DNA from: Acidimicrobiia bacterium
GTDB taxonomy: Bacteria > Actinomycetota > Acidimicrobiia > Spongiisociales > ZC4RG35
Direction of reading: 5' to 3'
Assembly (NCBI GenBank): GCA_965215185.1
Contig: OZ244034.1
Span: forward strand, 2,816,001-2,880,000
DNA: 64,000 nt
In this document: in pieces, positions 58,063 through 64,000 of the stretch
Layout of the letters: the number at the start of each line of letters is the position of its first letter
Numbering within the stretch: the stretch's first letter is position 1
Notes under the pieces: generated by a model
Told to the model about the DNA's origin: nothing
Database searches by the model: none
The model's input: only the letters and a program-made list of their open reading frames with translations
Position numbers and translations under genes: made by a program

Positions 58063-58982
58063 TGGAGTTGGGCGTTTCCCTAGTGGATCCCCGTCTGTCG
58101 TCTCGAAGACTTACCGAGATCGTGGTGAAGGCCGAGCAGCTTGGCTACCACGGGACATGGACCAACGAATCAATCGCCCGGGAGGCATTCTCTACTCTGG
58201 CGACCTGGGCGGCCGCCACCTCCCGGATCCGCTTGGCCACCGGGGTGCTCCCGGTCTATGTTCGTTCTCCGATGGCGGCGGCGATGGGCGCCGCCACCAT
58301 TGCTGCCCTGGCCGGACCGGCCCGCATGGTGCTGGGAATCGGCGCCGGACACCCGGTTATGGCCAGTCGCTACTTTGGATTTGACCTCTCCTCGCCTCTG
58401 GAGGCCGTTTCCGATTACCTGAAAATCATCGGTGGCCTTCGCCACGGAAAGAAGATCACCCACCATGGCAAGGTGTTTTCGGTGGAGGGCGCCCGGCTGG
58501 GTCTGCGCCCTGCCGGACCCCTGTTCACGGTGGTGGGCGCCATGGGACCGCGCATGTTGGATTTGGCGGCCCGGAATGCCGACGGAGTGCTTCTCAATTG
58601 GTCCTCGGCGCCCAACCTGCGGTCCACGGCCGAGGGTCTGCGCCAAAGCGACCGGGGCGCGTCGTTTTTTCATATTGCGGCCTATGTGCGGGTGGCGGTT
58701 TCATCGGACGCCGACGCGGCTCGACGGGCTCTCACTGCCGAATTGGGACAATATCTAAGGCTCCCGGCCTACCGGCGGCATGTGGAAAGCCAAGGGCTGG
58801 ATCCCGGAGATGTTTCTCATGCCGCCACCCACCTGGGGATAGCGGGGGATCCGGCGGAATGCCGAGCTGCGCTGGACGCCTATCGTTCTACAGGGCTGGA
58901 TGAACTGGTCATTCGACCGGTTCCGGTAGGAGATGACGGTATTGAGGCGGCGGTGGAGGCGATGGCTCCCGATCACATATAG
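58062..58982 (+). CDS. LLM-class (probably F420-dependent) oxidoreductase
   Basis: 'AEQLGY..W.NE', 'IRLATGV..R.P', 'LGIGAG', 'GAMGPRML.LA..ADGV'. Confidence 0.88.
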   Translation: MELGVSLVDPRLSSRRLTEIVVKAEQLGYHGTWTNESIAREAFSTLATWAAATSRIRLATGVLPVYVRSPMAAAMGAATIAALAGPARMVLGIGAGHPVMASRYFGFDLSSPLEAVSDYLKIIGGLRHGKKITHHGKVFSVEGARLGLRPAGPLFTVVGAMGPRMLDLAARNADGVLLNWSSAPNLRSTAEGLRQSDRGASFFHIAAYVRVAVSSDADAARRALTAELGQYLRLPAYRRHVESQGLDPGDVSHAATHLGIAGDPAECRAALDAYRSTGLDELVIRPVPVGDDGIEAAVEAMAPDHI

Positions 58983-59065
58983 AGACGCACAAACCAGATC
59001 GCTCCCGCCACCAGAATGGCCAGACCCACCGCGGCCGAGGCAATGATGAGATAGCGAGTGGGCAC
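58973..59065 (-). CDS. Putative 30-aa single-TM microprotein MPTRYLIIASAAVGLAILVAGAIWFVRLYM
   Basis: GTG..TGA ORF forming one hydrophobic helix; TATCAT hexamer 7 nt upstream. Confidence 0.6.
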   Translation of the reverse strand: MPTRYLIIASAAVGLAILVAGAIWFVRLYM

Positions 59066-59127
59066 CCGGTTGATGATATGGGCGAAAGAGATAAAATCAA
59101 TGCCATGACCTACCCCAAACCAGTCAA

Positions 59128-60501
59128 GTGAGTGACTCCCTGTTCGATATCGTGATCCTGGGAGGGGGTCCAGGAGGGTATGCGACCGCCCTCTACGCCC
59201 GCAATTTTGGCCTCTCGGTGGCGCTGGTGGAGCAGGAGAAGCCGGGAGGTACCTGTCTGCTGCGTGGGTGCATCCCCGCCAAGCATTGGCTGCAGGTGGC
59301 CGAGGTGTTCTCTACCGTGAAGAACGCCAAGGATTTCGGGGTGCTGACCTCCCCGCCGGAGCTGGACTGGTCGGCGGCTCTGGCCCGCAAGGACCGAGTG
59401 GTCAACCAGTTGGTGACAGGGCTCGGGGGCCTACTCCGCAAACGGGGAGTGCAGGTCGTCTCTGGTCGGGGGCGGATCGCGGGGGCGGGAAGCGTGGAGG
59501 TGGAGGGAGGCGAGACCTTGCGGGGACGAACGGTGGTGGTGGCCACCGGATCGAATGCCCGGACCATCCCCGGATGGGAAATCGACGGGGAGCGGATCGT
59601 CACCTCCGATCATGCGGTGAACTGGTCCTCCCGTCCCGACCGGGTAGCAATTATCGGAGGTGGGGTGATCGGCTGTGAGTTCGCGTCACTGCTGGTGGAT
59701 CTGGGATCGCAGGTGCATGTCTTCGAATTGGAGAAACAACTCATCCCAGGAGGGGACACCGACGCCTCCCGCCAATTGTTGCGCCAACTCTCCAGGCGCG
59801 GCGTGGAGTTCTACCTGAAAACAGGGGTGGGGCCAGCGGAACTCACCGCTAATGGAGTTGAAGTCCCTTATCGCGGAAAGAGTGTGGAAGTTGATGTGGC
59901 CTTGGTGGCGGTGGGCAGGGGACCCAACACCGAGGGTATCGGACTGGAGTCGGTGCAGGCCGAGGTGGAGCGGGGGTACATAGCGGTGAACCGACACACC
60001 ATGGAGACTGCCGAGCCCGGTTTGTTCGCGGTGGGTGACATCGTGGCTGGCACACCCCAACTGGCTCACGCCGCTTTCGCGGAGGGCATCGCGGCGGCCA
60101 CCTACATTGCCACCGGGGCATCCGCACCGGTTGACTACCGGGTAATCCCCCGGGTCACCTACACCCATCCGGAGGTGGCGGAAGTGGGAATCAGCGAAGC
60201 CGAGGCAAAGGCCCAGGGAATGGAGGTTGAAATCACCAAGCATCCGTTCGGCGGGGTGGGAAGGGCTCTGATCATTGGACAAAGTCAGGGCCTGGTGAAG
60301 GTCATTGCCGAGAAGGACGGACCTCTGGTGGGGGCGGCCGTGGTGGGACCCCAGGCCGGAGAGATGATCCATGAACTTATGTATATGGTGGGCTGGGAGG
60401 CGCTGCCGGATGAGGCCGCTGCCTTTATTCACGCCCACCCCACCCTGTCGGAGGCGGTGGGAGAGACATTGTTGTCAGCGTCGGGCCGTAGCCTGCACTG
60501 A
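59128..60501 (+). CDS. lpdA: Dihydrolipoamide dehydrogenase
   Basis: 'GGGPGGY', 'GGTCLLRGCIP.K', 'GGGVIG.E', 'HAHPTLSE'. Confidence 0.95.
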   Translation: MSDSLFDIVILGGGPGGYATALYARNFGLSVALVEQEKPGGTCLLRGCIPAKHWLQVAEVFSTVKNAKDFGVLTSPPELDWSAALARKDRVVNQLVTGLGGLLRKRGVQVVSGRGRIAGAGSVEVEGGETLRGRTVVVATGSNARTIPGWEIDGERIVTSDHAVNWSSRPDRVAIIGGGVIGCEFASLLVDLGSQVHVFELEKQLIPGGDTDASRQLLRQLSRRGVEFYLKTGVGPAELTANGVEVPYRGKSVEVDVALVAVGRGPNTEGIGLESVQAEVERGYIAVNRHTMETAEPGLFAVGDIVAGTPQLAHAAFAEGIAAATYIATGASAPVDYRVIPRVTYTHPEVAEVGISEAEAKAQGMEVEITKHPFGGVGRALIIGQSQGLVKVIAEKDGPLVGAAVVGPQAGEMIHELMYMVGWEALPDEAAAFIHAHPTLSEAVGETLLSASGRSLH

Positions 60502-60517
60502 CCAGAAGGAGGACTTG

Positions 60518-61846
60518 ATGACCACCACTATCCCCATGCCCCAATTGGGTGAGACAATCACCGAAGGAACCATCTTGCGGTGGGCCAAAGAGGTGGGAGA
60601 TTCCATCGCACGGGGCGAAGTGGTGCTGGAGATATCCACCGACAAAGTGGACACCGAGATTCCCTCTCCGGTGTCGGGGGTGATGGTGGAGATACTGGTG
60701 GAAGAGGGCGAGACAGTGCAGGTGGGAACAGAACTGTGCGTGGTGACAGATCCGACCGGTGCGGTTGCAGAAGAGGCGCCTACCCCGGAAGCGGCTGCTC
60801 AGCCTTCCCAACCCCTCGAGGAACGCGAGCCACCCTCGATGGCGCCCACTGCCGAACCCCTCTCTCCGGTTCACCCAGTTGCAGCGCCGGCCCGATCCCG
60901 ACGAATGTCTCCGGTGGTGCGCCGCCTGGTGCGCCAACACGGGGTGGACATAAACCTGATAGAGGGCACCGGGGAAGGCGGCAGAGTCACTCGTCGGGAT
61001 GTGGAAGCCTATTTGGGGGCCGAGCCCAAGTCCGCTCCCAGCCCCCAGATTCCCCCAGCCCCCGTCGTGGCGCCCACGGCTGCGAGGGCGCCGGTGGCTT
61101 CTCCGGTCACACCGGTGCGAGATGTCACCGAGGAGAAGGTGGATCTGAACCGCCTCAGGGTGCGGATCGGCGAAAACATGATCCGTTCCCGCCAGACCGC
61201 CGCCCATGTGTGGAGTGCGGTGGAAGTGGACTATGAACCCATTGCCGAAGTGCGGTCCGCCCACCGGGAGCGTTTCAAGCAAGCTGAGGGGTTCTCGCTT
61301 ACCTATCTGCCGTTTGTGTGCCGGGCAACCATCGATGCGCTACGGGCGTTTCCAGTGGTGAACAGCTCCTTTTATCTGGAAGAGCGCAAGGCGGTCTTCC
61401 ATAACCGGGTCCATCTGGGAATCGCGGTCGATCTCGATCAGCAGGGTCTGGTGGTGGTGACCATCAAGAATGCCGACGATCTGCGCTTGCGTGGACTGGC
61501 TCGCAATATCCGACAACTGGCCACCGCGGCCCGCAACCGTCAACTCGGACCGGATCAATTGAGCGGTTCCACCTTCACCCTGACCAATCCGGGGCCTTAC
61601 GGCTCCTACATGTCGGCGCCGATCATCAACATTCCCAACGTGGCGATACTCTCCACCGATACTGTGGCCAAACGGCCGGTGGTGGTCACCACCGCAGACG
61701 GCCGTGACGCCTTGGCCATCCGCCATACGGGTTTCTTGGGGTTCTCGTGGGATCACCGCGCATTCGACGGCTCCACCGCAGTGCTCTTTTTGCAGCGCAT
61801 CAAGCGCAATCTGGAGACGTGGGACTGGGAGCAGGAGTTGAAATGA
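60518..61846 (+). CDS. Dihydrolipoamide acyltransferase (E2, one lipoyl domain)
   Basis: 'MPQLGE..EG', 'STDKVD', E3-binding 'SPVVRRL..GTG.GGRVT..DV', catalytic 'DHRAFDG'. Confidence 0.93.
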   Translation: MTTTIPMPQLGETITEGTILRWAKEVGDSIARGEVVLEISTDKVDTEIPSPVSGVMVEILVEEGETVQVGTELCVVTDPTGAVAEEAPTPEAAAQPSQPLEEREPPSMAPTAEPLSPVHPVAAPARSRRMSPVVRRLVRQHGVDINLIEGTGEGGRVTRRDVEAYLGAEPKSAPSPQIPPAPVVAPTAARAPVASPVTPVRDVTEEKVDLNRLRVRIGENMIRSRQTAAHVWSAVEVDYEPIAEVRSAHRERFKQAEGFSLTYLPFVCRATIDALRAFPVVNSSFYLEERKAVFHNRVHLGIAVDLDQQGLVVVTIKNADDLRLRGLARNIRQLATAARNRQLGPDQLSGSTFTLTNPGPYGSYMSAPIINIPNVAILSTDTVAKRPVVVTTADGRDALAIRHTGFLGFSWDHRAFDGSTAVLFLQRIKRNLETWDWEQELK

Positions 61847-63552
61847 CCGACTCCGGCCCGGCTCCCATGCTCCGGGTGCGATGGTTGAGCAGGCTGCCCT
61901 ATGGCGAGGCGTGGGACCTGCAGCGGGCCGTTTGGGAACGCCGAAGCGGCGGGACCATTGTAGATGACTATCTGTTCCTCCTGGAACATCCTCACGTCTA
62001 CACCGTGGGCCGACGGGGAGACGGGTCGCACCTTCTGATTAGCCCCGAGCGGCTGGCGGAGGTGGGGGCGGAATTCTTCAGGGTTGATCGGGGAGGCGAC
62101 ATCACCTATCACGGTCCCGGGCAACTGGTGGGGTATCCACTCGTAGGCGTCCAACCTCGTCGGGTCACCGACTACGTGCGCTCTTTGGAAGAGGCATTGA
62201 TGCTGACTCTCTCCGATTTGGGAGTGGGGTCGTGGCGGGAGAAGGGCTTGACCGGGGTGTGGACCGAACGGGGCAAGGTGGCGGCCATCGGAGTGCGCGT
62301 CTCTCGACGGGTATCCATGCACGGTTTCGCACTGAACTTGCATCCCCAGATGGACTACTTCGGCTATATCAATCCCTGCGGCATAACCGGCCGCCCGGTC
62401 ACCTCGGTAACCGAGTTGCTGGGTCGTCGAGTTTCGATCGAGGAAGCAGTGGAAGCTTTCATTCCTCGTTTTGTTGAAGTCTTCGGATACCCCGAGGTGG
62501 AAACCCAGCTGGCGGCCTTTGTCCGAGGCCAGGGCCGGTCCACCGAATTTGAGGTGGACAGGTTGGTCCGGGAGGGAACGTTCTCTCCCAACCGGCCGGC
62601 GCCCGCTGTCTCCCGGCGGTCCGCAAGATTGCCAGGCGAACCGGAGCGCCCCCCGTGGCTGAGGGTAACTGCCCGGATGGACCCCGAGTATCTGGAACTA
62701 AAGAAACTGATGCGATCTTTGGATCTGAACACGGTCTGTGAGGAAGCAGGGTGCCCCAACATCTACGAGTGTTGGGGGATGGGGACGGCCACCCTGATGA
62801 TCCTCGGCGATCGGTGCACCCGCGCCTGCGGATTCTGCAACGTCACTACCGGGCGTCCGGTGGGGCTTGATTTGGAGGAGCCGTACCGGGCCGCCGAGGC
62901 TATCTTCCGGATGGGCCTCAGCCATGCGGTTATCACTTCGGTAAACCGTGACGACCTGTCCGATGGCGGCTCGGCGGTGTTCGCCGCCACCATTCGAGAA
63001 ACCCGCGCCCGGTCTCCCCAGACCGACATCGAGGTGCTGATCCCCGACTTCAAAGGCGACCACCAAGCGCTTGCAACCGTGATGGAGGAGCACCCCGATG
63101 TTCTCAACCACAACACCGAGACGGTTGTCCGTTTGCAGCGCGAGATCCGGACCTCCGCCAATTACGGACGGTCGCTGGCGCTTTTGACGCGGGCCAAGCG
63201 TCTTTTCCCTGAGGGTCTCGTGAAATCCGGCCTGATCGTGGGGATGGGAGAGACTCGCGCCGAGGTGCTGGGGGCCCTGGCGGACCTGCGAGCGGTGGGG
63301 GTTGACATCGTGACCATCGGGCAATACCTGCGGCCCACCCCCGGGCACCGGCCCGTCCATCGCTACGTTCATCCCGACGAGTTCGAGGAGTATCGTGCCT
63401 TTGGCGATCGAATAGGCATTCCGCATGTGGAGTCCGGGCCGCTGGTTCGCTCCAGCTATCACGCCAAGAGCGCCAAGCAGTCGGTTGCTCCGCTGCCTGC
63501 AAGGAGGACGCCGGTGATGATCGGTCGCCGGTCGCCGGTACGTTTCTCTTAG
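61843..63552 (+). CDS. lipA: Fused octanoyltransferase LipB / lipoyl synthase LipA
   Basis: LipB 'LEHPHVYT', 'RGGDITYHGPGQLVGY', 'INPCG'; LipA 'CEEAGCPNIYEC', 'CTRACGFC', 'RSSY' in one ORF. Confidence 0.93.
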   Translation: MTDSGPAPMLRVRWLSRLPYGEAWDLQRAVWERRSGGTIVDDYLFLLEHPHVYTVGRRGDGSHLLISPERLAEVGAEFFRVDRGGDITYHGPGQLVGYPLVGVQPRRVTDYVRSLEEALMLTLSDLGVGSWREKGLTGVWTERGKVAAIGVRVSRRVSMHGFALNLHPQMDYFGYINPCGITGRPVTSVTELLGRRVSIEEAVEAFIPRFVEVFGYPEVETQLAAFVRGQGRSTEFEVDRLVREGTFSPNRPAPAVSRRSARLPGEPERPPWLRVTARMDPEYLELKKLMRSLDLNTVCEEAGCPNIYECWGMGTATLMILGDRCTRACGFCNVTTGRPVGLDLEEPYRAAEAIFRMGLSHAVITSVNRDDLSDGGSAVFAATIRETRARSPQTDIEVLIPDFKGDHQALATVMEEHPDVLNHNTETVVRLQREIRTSANYGRSLALLTRAKRLFPEGLVKSGLIVGMGETRAEVLGALADLRAVGVDIVTIGQYLRPTPGHRPVHRYVHPDEFEEYRAFGDRIGIPHVESGPLVRSSYHAKSAKQSVAPLPARRTPVMIGRRSPVRFS

Positions 63553-63656
63553 TAATTACCATAAATGGTCTAAGCTAGGTGATTGCGGCGCGGGTGGGGT
63601 CTTTTAAATATGTTCCCACATTGACGGGCTTTACCTTGGAAAACGATCTAAAAAAC

Positions 63657-64000
63657 ATGAGGCAGCGCTTCGGTTTGCGTATTGCCGCTGGTCTGGGCGC
63701 AGTGTTATTTCTGGTGGGGACGACTCTTCCCGTGCTGGCGCAGGAATATCCCGGCGAGCCGATCCGGTTGGGTAGTCAGGGAGAGGCGGTTCGGGTGTGG
63801 CAGGAGGCGCTGGGGATTCCAGCCGACGGAGATTTCGGCGAGCGGACCCGGGAAGCCACCATTGCATGGCAGATCGAGAAGGGTTTGACTGCGGACGGCA
63901 TCGTGGGACCCACCTCCTGGAAAGTCATGTTTCCCGACTCAACTATTGACCTTGATGATGTGCAGATAACCATCCGAGGCGCCGGCAACGGTCATGGAGT
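63657..64000 (+). CDS. Secreted peptidoglycan-binding protein, probably with a SpoIID/LytB domain (3'-truncated)
   Basis: Manual translation: signal peptide ending VLA-QE, PG-binding 'GSQGEAVRVWQ..ADGDFG..T..WQ..GL.ADGIVGP.SW', then 'GAGNGHG'. Confidence 0.8.
   Translation, partial: MRQRFGLRIAAGLGAVLFLVGTTLPVLAQEYPGEPIRLGSQGEAVRVWQEALGIPADGDFGERTREATIAWQIEKGLTADGIVGPTSWKVMFPDSTIDLDDVQITIRGAGNGHG

Noticed and set aside
58909-59106. 65-aa minus-strand ORF from the track
   Set aside because: Non-protein-like composition; a different frame gives a better 30-aa TM ORF with a promoter signal

Overview
GC-rich bacterial chromosomal segment. It is most consistent with an Actinomycetota lineage, probably Acidimicrobiia: WhiB, several LLM/F420-type oxidoreductases, Thr/Ala-rich lipoprotein linkers and many apparently leaderless genes point that way. 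Content is mostly housekeeping: branched-chain amino acid biosynthesis (ilvB-ilvN-ilvC-leuA-[XRE]-leuB, ilvD), queG, type II fatty acid synthesis (fabD-fabH-fabG-acpP), three-subunit succinate dehydrogenase (sdhCAB), an acyl-CoA ligase plus LIV-type ABC importer, bioY, and lpdA-E2-lipB/lipA. I found no rRNA, tRNA, CRISPR array, transposase or prophage. The most unusual signals are: (i) three differently built Leu/Ile/Val-rich leader ORFs in front of ilvB, leuA and ilvD; (ii) a ClpX-type zinc finger fused to a catalytically degenerate HutI-like amidohydrolase; (iii) a membrane-anchored protein with a degenerate Mrr-like domain; (iv) an orphan HipB-like XRE gene with a palindrome inside the leu cluster; (v) an in-frame amber codon splitting the zinc finger of an Fpg/Nei glycosylase; (vi) a LipB-LipA fusion; (vii) an unlisted 30-aa membrane microprotein. 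All calls come from motif recognition by eye; no database searches were run.
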